A program made the translations under genes and the position numbers. The notes under the pieces are model-generated. The model ran no database searches and was not told the DNA's origin. It saw only the letters and a program-made list of their open reading frames with translations. 64,000 nucleotides of DNA from Bdellovibrionales bacterium (GTDB lineage Bacteria; Bdellovibrionota; Bdellovibrionia; Bdellovibrionales; UBA1609), in contig OZ241456.1 of NCBI GenBank assembly GCA_965200875.1, positions 128,001-192,000 on the forward strand, written 5' to 3'. This document shows positions 30,406 through 40,832 of this stretch, in pieces. The first letter of the stretch is position 1. Every line of letters starts with the position of its first letter.

Positions 30406-32283
30406 CTAGGAGTCTGGGCCGGCTTTGTTTTCCGGGGGCTGATTTTTTAATTCTTTTATCAGGCACGGGATAATTTCAAACAGATCTCCCACTAAACCAA
30501 AGTGACTTTTTTGAAAAATCGGGGCAGAAGGTTCTTTATTGATGGCTACAATGGTTTTAGAGGCACTCATTCCGGCAAGATGTTGAATGGCACCGGAGAT
30601 ACCACAGGCGATGTAAAGATCAGGGCTGACAGTTTTGCCAGTTTGCCCTATCTGCATGGAATGCGGGCACCAGCCGGCGTCTGTAACGGCCCTAGAAGCT
30701 CCTATAGCTGTTTTTGGTCCTAAAAGTCTGGCTAGCTCTTCTAAAAGTGTAAAATTTTCTGGCCCCTGCATGCCTCTTCCCCCTGAGACAATGATTTTGG
30801 CTTCCGTTAAGTCAGGGGCATTGATTTTTTGAGTGTGTTTTTTTTGGTGCAGGATATGGTTTTCCTTTTCTGGGAAATTCCAACTCATTTCTTGAAAAGA
30901 ATAATTGTTTTTTTCCGGGATATTGTCATTTTTTAGTCGGTGAGGTCTCATCAGCAAAATGGGAGGTTTGTCAGAGGAGGCCTTGAAACTTAAAGATGCC
31001 CGGCATTTTCCGGCATAAAGGCTTTTTTTCATAATCCATTTTGTTTCTGTTTTTTTTAAATCTAGGCAATCTGAAAGAAAAGGGCTTTCTAAACGAATGG
31101 AAATGCGGGGAAAAAGCTCTGTATTTTGTGGGGAAGAGGACGCTAAAATCAAATCCGGTTTTTGTGATTTTATAAAAAGGGATAAAAGCTCAGCCAGAAC
31201 CTCAGGGTTTGAACTTTTATCTCTTTGAAAAAAAACTTTTTCCGCGCCAGCTTTTAGGGCTTTCTTTGAAGAGGTTTTGTCAGCTCCTAGGCATAAGGCA
31301 TGAACTTTCCAGTTTTGTTGAATGGCAAAGGAGATAAGCTCTAGGCTGGAAGTCTTAGGTTGCTGATTTGAACAATTAATATAAACAAGAGCTTTTATCG
31401 TGGAAGGAGTTTTTTCTTTAAGAGAAGGGGTTTTAAATATTTTAGATCCTGGCAGGTTTTTTTTAAGAGAAGGGTTGGATTCCGTAAAGTTCAGGCCCAT
31501 TTGATTTAAGAGATGAATAAGGGTTTTAGCCTGCTCCTTTGCAGATCCGGAAATCATTTGAGGAACCGGAGGTGGCGGAGGAGGTTCGTAGGAATAAAAA
31601 TCTGCTGGTGCCAAGGGAAGATCTTTTAAAGAGGAAAGGGGTATTTGTTTTAAGGGCTTTTTTTTGGCTCGCATGATTCCCGGCAAAGTGGGATAGCGAG
31701 GGTTGTTAATGCCTTTTTCCAAAGTGACGAGGGCAGGGAGAAGTAAGGTGATCTCCTCTTTTGTTTCCGGTTCAATTTGTCTTTTGCAAAGCCATTTTTC
31801 TTCTTCCAGCTCTTTAAGTTCCGTGATAAATCCGGCCTGTGGAATACCAAGCCTTTCTGCCAGCATAGGGCCTGTGGCTGAATGATTTTCGTCAATACCG
31901 ATTTTGCCGGCAAGAATAAGATTTTTTTCCAATCCCTCTTCTTTTATAACCTGAGCTAGGGCATAAGAGGTAAAAAAAGGGTTTTTGCTATAGGTTTCCT
32001 GTGTTTCCGGTGGTGTTTTTGGGGAGGGGCTGATTAAACAAGCTCTATCTGCCCCCATTGCCAAAGCCGTTCGGAGAGCTTTTTCCACTCGGCGAGGTCC
32101 AAGGCTTAAGACCACCACCTCTCTTCCGGGTTTTTTTTCCTTGATTCGCAAAGCCTCTTCCAGCGCAAATTCATCATAAGGATTAATAATCCAGTCAATC
32201 CCGGACTCATCAATGCCTTCTTTTTGTAATTGAATACGGGTTCCGGTGTCCGGCACTTGTTTTAAACAAACTAAAATTTTCAT
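30406..32283 (-). CDS. Fused electron transfer flavoprotein beta-alpha
   Basis: EtfB N-half (VCLKQVPD, NPYDEFALEEA, PRYPTLPGIM) and EtfA C-half (VSGGRG, QIGQTGK, GISGAIQHLAG) in one frame. Confidence 0.92.
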   Translation of the reverse strand: MKILVCLKQVPDTGTRIQLQKEGIDESGIDWIINPYDEFALEEALRIKEKKPGREVVVLSLGPRRVEKALRTALAMGADRACLISPSPKTPPETQETYSKNPFFTSYALAQVIKEEGLEKNLILAGKIGIDENHSATGPMLAERLGIPQAGFITELKELEEEKWLCKRQIEPETKEEITLLLPALVTLEKGINNPRYPTLPGIMRAKKKPLKQIPLSSLKDLPLAPADFYSYEPPPPPPVPQMISGSAKEQAKTLIHLLNQMGLNFTESNPSLKKNLPGSKIFKTPSLKEKTPSTIKALVYINCSNQQPKTSSLELISFAIQQNWKVHALCLGADKTSSKKALKAGAEKVFFQRDKSSNPEVLAELLSLFIKSQKPDLILASSSPQNTELFPRISIRLESPFLSDCLDLKKTETKWIMKKSLYAGKCRASLSFKASSDKPPILLMRPHRLKNDNIPEKNNYSFQEMSWNFPEKENHILHQKKHTQKINAPDLTEAKIIVSGGRGMQGPENFTLLEELARLLGPKTAIGASRAVTDAGWCPHSMQIGQTGKTVSPDLYIACGISGAIQHLAGMSASKTIVAINKEPSAPIFQKSHFGLVGDLFEIIPCLIKELKNQPPENKAGPDS

Positions 32284-32453
32284 ATTTTTTCTAGACAGTT
32301 TCAGGTTTTTTTTGAAATGGCTTGGTCTTTTTATATCCTTGAATAACGGGAAAAGTCAAATATACTGTAAGAGGGGTGGAAGTCTAGATTTTAAAGGAAA
32401 GCTCCGGTGGTTTTTTTTAAACCCGGTGGACATTGAAAAAGAGGTATAAACAA

Positions 32454-33122
32454 GTGAAAAATTTTTTATGGCTTTCCATTGGGCAAAAATATTTAATGGG
32501 AGTGACGGGCCTTGGCCTAGCTCTTTTTTTGTTTTTTCACATGTTGGGAAATCTTCTGATTTTTGCCGGCGAAAAAGCCTATAATCTTTATGCTCATCAG
32601 CTGACAAGCACTAAGCTTTTGGTGGTGTTTGAAGTGGGGCTTTTACTTTTATTTTTGGTTCATATTATATTAGCGGTGGGGTTAAGCATAAAGAACCGCT
32701 TGGCCCGAAAAACGCGCTATGCCCGCCCAGCAAGTGGGATTAAATCCACTGGATGGTATCAAAAAAGTCTTATTGCTCAAGGGGTGGTCATTTTGGTTTT
32801 TGTGATTTTGCATCTTATAGCTTTTAAGTTTGGAGAGCATTATGAAGTGACTTATGAGGGGAAAACAGTAAGAGATTTGTTTCGTTTGGTAATAGAGGCT
32901 TTTCAAAAGCCTTTGACGGTTATATGGTATATGGGGGCTTTGTTAATACTTTCCGTTCATCTTTTTCATGGCTTGACTTCTTCTTTTCAGTCGTTGGGGT
33001 TAAGTCATCCTCGGTTTAATATATGGATAAAGAAAACAAGTGTTGTTTATGCGGTATTGGTGACTTTGGGTTATATTTCTCTTCCTTTGTTTGTGTTTTT
33101 TTTCAGAGGAGCTGGCGGGTGA
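32454..33122 (+). CDS. sdhC: Succinate dehydrogenase cytochrome b subunit
   Basis: SIGQKYLMGVTG, HMLGN, HLFHG; GTG 32454 after GAGG. Confidence 0.93.
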   Translation: MKNFLWLSIGQKYLMGVTGLGLALFLFFHMLGNLLIFAGEKAYNLYAHQLTSTKLLVVFEVGLLLLFLVHIILAVGLSIKNRLARKTRYARPASGIKSTGWYQKSLIAQGVVILVFVILHLIAFKFGEHYEVTYEGKTVRDLFRLVIEAFQKPLTVIWYMGALLILSVHLFHGLTSSFQSLGLSHPRFNIWIKKTSVVYAVLVTLGYISLPLFVFFFRGAGG

Positions 33123-33177
33123 AATTTTTGTTGGCTTTTTGTTGTTCAAGGGGGAACAGGCTTAAAGGGGTTTTGCT

Positions 33178-35085
33178 ATGAAACTTTCGGCTAAAATTCC
33201 CTCCGGGGATTTAGAGGAAAAATGGAATCAGCACTTGTTTGAGCAACCTTTGATAAGTCCTGCTAATCGGAGAAAATACCGATTGATTGTAGTGGGCACA
33301 GGGCTTGCAGGAGCTTCTGCCTCTGCCACCTTGGCGGAGCTTGGATATCAAATAACAACTTTTTGTATTCAGGATTCTCCAAGGCGTGCACATTCTATCG
33401 CGGCTCAGGGTGGAATTAATGCTGCTAAGAATTACCCTGGGGATGGAGATTCTATAAGAAGGCTTTTTTACGATACGGTGAAGGGAGGGGACTTTCGAAG
33501 TAGAGAAGCCAATGTATATCGGTTGGCCCAGATATCTAATCAGATTATTGATCACTCAGTGGCTCAGGGTGTGCCTTTTGCCAGGGAATATGGGGGGCTT
33601 TTGGCGAATCGATCTTTTGGGGGTGCACAGGTGTCCCGCACTTTTTATGCGAGAGGGCAAACTGGACAACAGCTTTTGCTGGGAGCCTACGGGGCTTTAA
33701 TGAGACAGGTGGAAAAAGGTGGAGTAAAGCTTTTTCCCCGCCATGAAATGATGGATCTGATTGTAAAAGATGGGCAGGTTATAGGGATTTTGACCCGAAA
33801 CCTCCTGACAGGAAAAGTAAAAAGTCATTTTGCTCATGCCGTGATTTTAGCCACCGGAGGATATGGCAATATCTTTTATCTTTCCACCAATGCCATGCAC
33901 TCCAATGCCAGTGCTGTCTGGCGTTGCCATAAAAAAGGGGCTTTTTTTGCTAACCCCTGTTTTACACAAATTCATCCCACTTGCATTCCCCGTTCCGGGC
34001 ACTATCAATCAAAATTGACTTTGCTTTCTGAGTCTTTGAGAAATGACGGAAGAGTTTGGGTTCCTAAAAAAGCAAAGGATCTGCGTTTGCCGGAAGAAAT
34101 TCCTGAATCAGAAAGAGATTACTATTTGGAAAGAATTTATCCAGGGTTTGGCAATCTAGCACCAAGAGATATAGCTTCCCGCCAAGCCAAGTTTCAAGTG
34201 GATAAGGGTTATGGTGTAGGCCCTACCGGTGAAGCTGTGTATTTGGATTTTCAGTCGGCAATAAAAAGACTTGGAAAACCCGCGCTTTCGGAAAAATATG
34301 GAAATCTTTTTCAGATCTATGAGAAAATTACAGGAGAAGATCCTTATCAAAAACCCATGCGTATATACCCGGCGGTTCATTACACAATGGGAGGTCTTTG
34401 GGTGGATTATAATTTGGAAAGCACAGTGAAAGGGCTTTTTGTTTTAGGGGAGGCCAACTTTTCTGATCATGGGGCCAATCGCTTAGGTGCCTCTGCTCTT
34501 ATGCAGGGTTTGGTGGATGGGTATTTTATTATTCCTGCAACAGTGGCTCAACATCTTGTGAGCAGAGAGGGTTTTTCAAAGAGTCAGACAGATAAAATCT
34601 TGGAAGAAAGTCAAAAAGCCGGAGAGGAAAAAATCAACAAAGTTTTGCAGATTAAAGGTTCTAGGACTGCGGGTTCTTTTCATCAGGAACTAGGAGATCT
34701 GCTTTGGAATCAAGTGGGAATGCTTAGGACAAAAAAAGGTTTGCTTTCCACCCGGGAAAAAATTCAAGCTCTGAGAGGACAATTTTGGGAAGATCTTTTG
34801 ATACCGGGAGATCAGAACAGTAAAAATGCGGAATTGGAAAAAGCCCTGCGGGTGGCGGATTATCTGGAGCTTTCGGAATTGATGGCTCGGGATGCTTTGG
34901 AAAGAGAAGAATCTTGTGGTTCTCATTTTCGAGAGGAGTATCAGACACCGGAACAGGAAGCTCTAAGGGATGATAAAAATTTTTGTCATGTATCTGTTTG
35001 GGAGTATACTCATAAAGACTGGATTTTACATAAGGAAGATTTGAAGTTTAAAGAAGTTTCTTTAAGTGTGAGGAGCTATAAATAA
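33178..35085 (+). CDS. sdhA: Succinate dehydrogenase/fumarate reductase flavoprotein
   Basis: [31 protein letters not shown]. Confidence 0.97.
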   Translation: MKLSAKIPSGDLEEKWNQHLFEQPLISPANRRKYRLIVVGTGLAGASASATLAELGYQITTFCIQDSPRRAHSIAAQGGINAAKNYPGDGDSIRRLFYDTVKGGDFRSREANVYRLAQISNQIIDHSVAQGVPFAREYGGLLANRSFGGAQVSRTFYARGQTGQQLLLGAYGALMRQVEKGGVKLFPRHEMMDLIVKDGQVIGILTRNLLTGKVKSHFAHAVILATGGYGNIFYLSTNAMHSNASAVWRCHKKGAFFANPCFTQIHPTCIPRSGHYQSKLTLLSESLRNDGRVWVPKKAKDLRLPEEIPESERDYYLERIYPGFGNLAPRDIASRQAKFQVDKGYGVGPTGEAVYLDFQSAIKRLGKPALSEKYGNLFQIYEKITGEDPYQKPMRIYPAVHYTMGGLWVDYNLESTVKGLFVLGEANFSDHGANRLGASALMQGLVDGYFIIPATVAQHLVSREGFSKSQTDKILEESQKAGEEKINKVLQIKGSRTAGSFHQELGDLLWNQVGMLRTKKGLLSTREKIQALRGQFWEDLLIPGDQNSKNAELEKALRVADYLELSELMARDALEREESCGSHFREEYQTPEQEALRDDKNFCHVSVWEYTHKDWILHKEDLKFKEVSLSVRSYK

Positions 35086-35096
35086 AAGAGGGCAGT

Positions 35097-35837
35097 GTGG
35101 AATTAAAGTTAAAAATATGGAGACAAAAAAGAGGAGAGACAACCGGGCGGTTTGAAAGCCATGTTCTTAAAGAGCTTTCTCCTGATATGTCTTTTTTGGA
35201 AATGCTGGACTTTTTAAACGAAAACTTGGTTAAGCAGGGAAAAATTCCTGTAGCCTTTGACCATGATTGCCGGGAGGGAATATGCGGGGCTTGCTCTTTG
35301 GTGGTTAATGGCAACCCTCATGGTCCTTATTCCGGGTCTGCTGTTTGTCAGCTTCACTTACGGTCTTTTAAGAGTGGAGACGAAGTGGAGATAGAACCTT
35401 TTCGGGCTTACGCTTTCCCTGTTATTCAAGATCTGATAGTGGATCGCAGAGCTTTTGATCGCATTATTCAGGCCGGTGGATATGTTTCGGTTAATACAGG
35501 TTCAGCTCCAGAAGCGCAAAGTCTTCCCGTGGAGAAAGCCTTGTCGGAGGAGGCTTTTGCCAGTTCTTCCTGTATTGGTTGTGGGGCTTGTGTTGCGGTT
35601 TGCAAAAATGCCTCAGCAAGTCTTTTTGTATCCGCTAAAGTTTCTCATCTGGCTTTGCTTCCACAGGGGCAGGCAGAGAGAAAAACCCGTGTGCTAAAAA
35701 TGGTGGAACAGATGGAAAAAGAAGGTTTTGGAGCTTGTACCAATACTGGAGCTTGTTCTCGCGCCTGTCCAAAGGAAATTTCCATAAGTTCCATTGCCCG
35801 GATGAACCGGGAGTACTGGAAAGCTTGGTGGAAATAA
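35097..35837 (+). CDS. sdhB: Succinate dehydrogenase Fe-S subunit
   Basis: CREGICGAC, CIGCGACVAVC, CTNTGAC..CP. Confidence 0.97.
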   Translation: MELKLKIWRQKRGETTGRFESHVLKELSPDMSFLEMLDFLNENLVKQGKIPVAFDHDCREGICGACSLVVNGNPHGPYSGSAVCQLHLRSFKSGDEVEIEPFRAYAFPVIQDLIVDRRAFDRIIQAGGYVSVNTGSAPEAQSLPVEKALSEEAFASSSCIGCGACVAVCKNASASLFVSAKVSHLALLPQGQAERKTRVLKMVEQMEKEGFGACTNTGACSRACPKEISISSIARMNREYWKAWWK

Positions 35838-36031
35838 AATGATGTTCAGCCAGAAAGCTCTGATTTCACTCCCTTAAACGCTATTTGTGCAAAAAAACAA
35901 TGTTTTTCTGCTTTAAAATAGTGCCTATCTTTATACAGATTGGTTCTTTGAGCTATTTCCTTGGACAGGTCTTCTAAAAGCTAAACCCACTAAAAAAAAC
36001 CAGAAAAATCAAAAAAACTGTTTATCAGGGG

Positions 36032-36733
36032 TTATGGTTTTTTCTTTTTTGATTTTTTAGGAAAGTCGTAACTGATTTCAATCAAAGTGTTGGCAAAAGA
36101 AATGCGATCACCAGTTATGAGATTTTTCTTTGATATATGTTTTTTATTGAGAAGTACTTTTTCCGGGTAAAGAGTTTTAAACAGCACAGATTTTTTATAG
36201 GGTTTAAGAGAAAAACATATATCAGGAGCTTTGGCCTCTAAGATTGGTAGATCGAGGCTTGCAGACCCCGCCTCTCTTGGACCATAGCAGATCCGCCATT
36301 TGTCACCTTTTTGTGGACCAGACTTGAAAACAAGTATTAAAGGGGGATGTATTACTTGTAGATTTTTTATATGATCTTTTACAGTTTTGTTTTTAAGCTC
36401 TTCTGCAATAATTTCATACCAAGGCTTTTCAGGAGGGGGGGCTTTTTTGACTTCAAATTTGGTGCTACCAATTTGAAAAATAATCCCTGGAGTAAGCACG
36501 AAGAGGTCATTTATTTCTTCTTCAAAATAGGTTCCATTTTTGGAATCCATGTCTTTTAAGTAAAACTTCCCTTTCTTTTTTACAATTTCAGCATGAGGAT
36601 TTGAGGCTTTGGAGTCTTCAATTAAAATGTCTCCTTCCTCTTTGTTGTTTCGAGTGAGAGTCAATCCTTTTTTAACCGGAAATTTTTTGCCTTTATGAGG
36701 ACCATTTAGAAAGTGGATGTTTAAATATTCCAT
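36032..36733 (-). CDS. Tandem FHA-domain protein
   Basis: DSKASNPHAEI...DMDSKNGT; second degenerate FHA ending GDRISF. Confidence 0.85.
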   Translation of the reverse strand: MEYLNIHFLNGPHKGKKFPVKKGLTLTRNNKEEGDILIEDSKASNPHAEIVKKKGKFYLKDMDSKNGTYFEEEINDLFVLTPGIIFQIGSTKFEVKKAPPPEKPWYEIIAEELKNKTVKDHIKNLQVIHPPLILVFKSGPQKGDKWRICYGPREAGSASLDLPILEAKAPDICFSLKPYKKSVLFKTLYPEKVLLNKKHISKKNLITGDRISFANTLIEISYDFPKKSKKKKP

Positions 36734-36911
36734 AATTTTTATTATGTATTTTTAAGGGAGTTTGTAAAAAGTTATTTCATTTGTTTGGAGTTTTGCCCGG
36801 TGAAAGGACTTGATGAAACCGACTGTATGTGTTAAAAAACCCGAACAAACACAGATGGAAACAGTTAGAAGCTTTTGAAAAAGCTCTGAAATAAAATTTA
36901 AGGAGACGAAT

Positions 36912-37328
36912 ATGAACTATGAATCTGTATTGGTTATGGAGCCGACTTTAGGCGAAGAGTCTCAAAAGATATTTTTTCAAACAGTCCAGGACATTTTGAA
37001 GCAATTTAAAGGGAATATTTATCACATAGATAGCTGGGGGGTGCGAAGACTCGCAAATAAAAATTGGAAAAAATGGTCTAAAGGGCTTTATTTTCATTTT
37101 TCGTTTAAAGGAGATACGGGAGTGGTGGAAGAGCTGGTGCGGAAAATTAAAATGGACGAAAAAATCCTTTATTATCATTTTGAAAAGCTTTCTCCTGAAA
37201 AATCCGCTGAAGAGCATTTGGCAGACTTTCGGGAGCTGTTGGAAGAAAATGCGAAGAGAGAAAAAGAGAGATTGGCGAAAATTCAAAAAAGAAAAGCTTT
37301 TTTCGCAACAAAAAAAGCAGGTGTATAG
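36912..37328 (+). CDS. rpsF: 30S ribosomal protein S6
   Basis: YESVLVM.P, DSWGVRRLA. Confidence 0.92.
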   Translation: MNYESVLVMEPTLGEESQKIFFQTVQDILKQFKGNIYHIDSWGVRRLANKNWKKWSKGLYFHFSFKGDTGVVEELVRKIKMDEKILYYHFEKLSPEKSAEEHLADFRELLEENAKREKERLAKIQKRKAFFATKKAGV

Positions 37329-37331
37329 AGT

Positions 37332-37982
37332 ATGCGGGTTATTTTACAAAAAGATGTTAAAAATCTGGGTCAGGTTGGGGATATTGTTTCTGTTAAAAAA
37401 GGGTATGCCCGGCATCTGTTGTTTCCTAAAAAATGGGCTATTCCTTTTACAAAAGGTTCTGCTGATGAAGCGCGCCATCGGCAGGCGTTGATTGAAGCAA
37501 AGAAGAAAAAAGCTTTGAATTTAAGAAAGTCTCTTTTGGAAAAGCTAAAGGGTTTAGATATTTCCTTTGAAAAATCCGCATCTGCTGACGGAAAACTCTT
37601 CGGTTCTGTAACAGTGTTTGAGATTTCAAAAAAATTGCTTGTTCAGGGTTATGAAGTGGATAAAAGATTTTTGAAATTGCCTCAGCCTTTAAAGGAAACA
37701 GGAGAACATAAAGTGCTTTTGGATTTTGGGGCTGATTTGAAAACAGAAATAAGTATTCATATTTCTGCTTTAAAGCCGGCTAAAGAACCTGAAACTGAAA
37801 AGCCTTTGGAATCAGAAACGGAACTGGAATCAGACCAAGAATTAGAATCAGCTTCGGACCAAGAATCAGCCCCGGCACAGGAATTAGTCTCAGAATTAGA
37901 ATCAGCTTCAGACTTAGAATCAGCTTCAGACCAAGAATCAGCTTCAAAACCAGAACCAAAGTCAGAATTGCTTAATAAGTAA
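37332..37982 (+). CDS. rplI: 50S ribosomal protein L9 with acidic repeat tail
   Basis: MRVIL.KDVKNLG..GD...VKKGYAR, GKLFGSVT; ES/ASDQ repeats at C-terminus. Confidence 0.96.
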   Translation: MRVILQKDVKNLGQVGDIVSVKKGYARHLLFPKKWAIPFTKGSADEARHRQALIEAKKKKALNLRKSLLEKLKGLDISFEKSASADGKLFGSVTVFEISKKLLVQGYEVDKRFLKLPQPLKETGEHKVLLDFGADLKTEISIHISALKPAKEPETEKPLESETELESDQELESASDQESAPAQELVSELESASDLESASDQESASKPEPKSELLNK

Positions 37983-38009
37983 ATCTGATTGAATTTCTAA
38001 TCAGTCCCC

Positions 38010-38375
38010 TTATATTGCTATTCCGCATTTTTCAATTATGTTTTTATTCATGTTCTCTTTTAAAAGTGGCGGAAATTTATTTTGAGTGGCTTGTCGGCAT
38101 TTTTCTCCATCACCTGGCACAAGATGTTCTGTTGCGCAATTCAAGGCTATTTTTTGACTTAATTCATATCCTGTTTGGTAACCGCTTTTGAGTGTTGTAC
38201 AAGAAAGACTATCCCACTTTGTTTTGAAACAAGATTCAACATTTTGTATTTGTTGTTCACAGCTTGGTAAATTCGTATTATCCTCTGAGTTTAACTGTGT
38301 GGAATCTGATTCTGTAGAATCTGAACAGCCAAAAAATAATGAAGAGGCAAGCACCAGTAAGATTATTGTTTTCAT
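38010..38375 (-). CDS. Cys-rich lipoprotein, unknown function
   Basis: Lipobox LFFGC; six further Cys; GGAG RBS. Confidence 0.75.
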   Translation of the reverse strand: MKTIILLVLASSLFFGCSDSTESDSTQLNSEDNTNLPSCEQQIQNVESCFKTKWDSLSCTTLKSGYQTGYELSQKIALNCATEHLVPGDGEKCRQATQNKFPPLLKENMNKNIIEKCGIAI

Positions 38376-38543
38376 AGTATTCTCCTTTTTTCTTTATCTG
38401 TAGTATAACTCAAAAAGTGAATCTTTTACACTTAAAAATATGTAAAAATTTGTAAAACCACAGACTGGAATCTTGCGTTTAAATAAGCTTTGCCACATAT
38501 TTTAAGACTGAAGTCTGGTAAAATTTCAGGAATACTTTAAAGT

Positions 38544-39587
38544 TTAAAGCTCCCGGCAAAGGGACAAAAGTTGCTTTATCACTCCTCGGCGATGCTTTGA
38601 TCCTAATATGATTAATCCTTCACCGGATTGTTTTGAAACCCTATTTGCTATGGCTTTATCTCTTTCAAGAGAATTTTCAATAAATGCGTTCGTACTTGAA
38701 AAATATTTTGAGACAAGATCTTTTAAACCCCTGTCACTGAGTCGATCCAAGGCCATTTTTATTTGTGTTTCAGGTATTGTCTCAGTATTTTCCAAAGCTC
38801 TGCTTTGAATGATCTCAATTTTTTCAAATTCGGAGAAAGGAAGATGAATTTGATGACTGGTATAAATAATTTGTCTTTGAAGTGACTGTATTCTTCTCAT
38901 TAATATAATGGCTGTTCTTTTAAGAACATTATCCTCAAGAGGAACAAATTGGATATCTTGAAAAAGTTCTGGATATTTTGAAAAAGCGATAATATAGGTA
39001 TGAAATATAAGGTGAAGAAGGTTGTCTATTTCTTCAAAGTTCAGTTTTATTTCATCTTGATACAGATTTTTCACTTCTTGATAATCTTGTAGCATGAGTT
39101 GTATGGGCATCCGGTTGATTTCCAGTTCTGACGATTCAATTCCGATCCATTTTATTTGCGGGTTATGGGAAAGTAAATTGATAATATCAGAAACATCGTT
39201 TTTTTCTGATTCCACTTTTGTCCATTGACTTTCTAAAAATGCCATTAAATTTTGTATTGTTTTTTCTCTATTACCCTGTATAAAATTGAGGATTTGGTTG
39301 CCTTGATTTGACAGATGGGGTGTAAACAAGCCATAGATATTTTTTTGATTGATTTTAATATTTATGACATGGTTGAAGAGATTTGTGACAGAGTGCGAAG
39401 GAAGAGGACCACGCCAGCCAAATAGAAAGGGAGAGGAGTCACAGAGTTGCTGGGATTGGCCACTTTGAATATAAAGCACACTTAAGAAAAAGATTTTCAA
39501 AGCCCAGCCAAAAAAAGATCTGAGTTTGTTTTTGAAGTCATAATTTGTCTTTTGCTTTTGAAAAAATAAACCACTTTGTATCATCAT
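38544..39587 (-). CDS. Putative exported EreA/ChaN/TIKI-like fold protein
   Basis: Hydrophobic segment then WIGIE...ERDKAIA...GLIILGSKH pattern. Confidence 0.5.
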   Translation of the reverse strand: MMIQSGLFFQKQKTNYDFKNKLRSFFGWALKIFFLSVLYIQSGQSQQLCDSSPFLFGWRGPLPSHSVTNLFNHVINIKINQKNIYGLFTPHLSNQGNQILNFIQGNREKTIQNLMAFLESQWTKVESEKNDVSDIINLLSHNPQIKWIGIESSELEINRMPIQLMLQDYQEVKNLYQDEIKLNFEEIDNLLHLIFHTYIIAFSKYPELFQDIQFVPLEDNVLKRTAIILMRRIQSLQRQIIYTSHQIHLPFSEFEKIEIIQSRALENTETIPETQIKMALDRLSDRGLKDLVSKYFSSTNAFIENSLERDKAIANRVSKQSGEGLIILGSKHRRGVIKQLLSLCREL

Positions 39588-40130
39588 ATTTTTCCTTAAA
39601 TCTTGATCTAGGAATGTACATTAATAAAAAAATAATCTGCTGTATTTTTTTATTGAGTGCAAAACCATTACATCCTTCACTCTTAGAAAGGTGTGTAAAA
39701 CCAATAAGCTTTTTATATTCTTTTATTTTTTGAAGTTTTTATAAAAAATCAAATGATAGCAATATGTTAAAAACTTTTCCCGGACGAGTATTATAATTTT
39801 CTGGAAAAATATCCACAAGAAAAACTGGGAGTGAGTGTAAAACTTTCACATTTGGATATAATTTAAACAATTATTTATTTCAGAGCAGGTTTTTAATATA
39901 TGATATAGATCGATTCTTTCTCCATAAATCAAAATTTTCTTTTATATATTTTTCCAGCTTTTTTGAACCGGAGCACAACACATAAAAGAAAGCCACAGAT
40001 TCTTTATTAAAAATTCCTTAACCAGTTTCAATATATCAGATGAATTTTATAGATGTGTTCCATATAAAAAAAGCGATGGCTATAGAGATAACCACAGTTT
40101 AACAAAGTCTGTAAAAAAGTAACTCTTAGT

Positions 40131-40709
40131 TCAAACTACCACTCTGAAGCCTTTGCCGTGACATTGCTCCACTTTCCCCTCTTTTTCCAGGTCTTGTAAA
40201 ATGTTATGGGTTATACTATGTTGTGGATTATCTTCTATACCTAAAGCCTGATTGATTTTTGCTGAACCAAAGTGTCCTGAAAAATAATTTAAGAAAGCCA
40301 AGATCTTTTGTTTCTTTTCTTCCTTGGTCATACGGGTTGAATTGTTGTTGTTTTGATTATCATTCATTGTGTTGTTCTCCTTTGAGAAAAAATCATCATT
40401 TTTTGTCTTTATAAAGCCAATCTTATTATGATGTAAAATAGCCTTAATTTCCTGAATGGACCAATCTTTAAAAGTTTTAAAAATTTTTTCACTCTGTTTG
40501 GAATAATTTTCAAGCCCTTCCTTCTTGTCAATGTAATTGTAATTTTCGATTTTCATTTTGATACTATCAAAGTGGATATAATTTTTAAAATCTTCATCTT
40601 CTGATAAATCTTCACAAAGTTTGTTTTTATCTCCACCTTCTTTGATTTGCCTATAAACAAGATAAGCTTTCAAATCATGGATTATTTTCCATTCACTACC
40701 TCTACCCAT
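40131..40709 (-). CDS. Hypothetical protein with C-terminal winged HTH
   Basis: AGGAGG RBS before ATG 40709; second RBS + ATG at 40367; C-terminal ILQDLEKEGKVEQ..GKGF. Confidence 0.65.
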   Translation of the reverse strand: MGRGSEWKIIHDLKAYLVYRQIKEGGDKNKLCEDLSEDEDFKNYIHFDSIKMKIENYNYIDKKEGLENYSKQSEKIFKTFKDWSIQEIKAILHHNKIGFIKTKNDDFFSKENNTMNDNQNNNNSTRMTKEEKKQKILAFLNYFSGHFGSAKINQALGIEDNPQHSITHNILQDLEKEGKVEQCHGKGFRVVV

Positions 40710-40727
40710 AATAACGCCCCTCCTTAT

Positions 40728-40763
40728 AAAAAAGTGATGGTCGTTTTGGATAGACCACCACTT
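40728..40763 (-). terminator. Rho-independent terminator after pilin
   Basis: AAGTGGTGGTC-loop-GACCATCACTT followed by T-run on minus strand. Confidence 0.65.
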
Positions 40764-40832
40764 AACGAATCCAAGGTGACCAATAACTAGCCTAGCCCTG
40801 TGGAGTTTAAAATGTTTACCATACATTCATTA

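Noticed and set aside
39600..40120. Decayed ORF fragments in an AT-rich gap
   Set aside because: No recognisable motif; cannot support a pseudogene call
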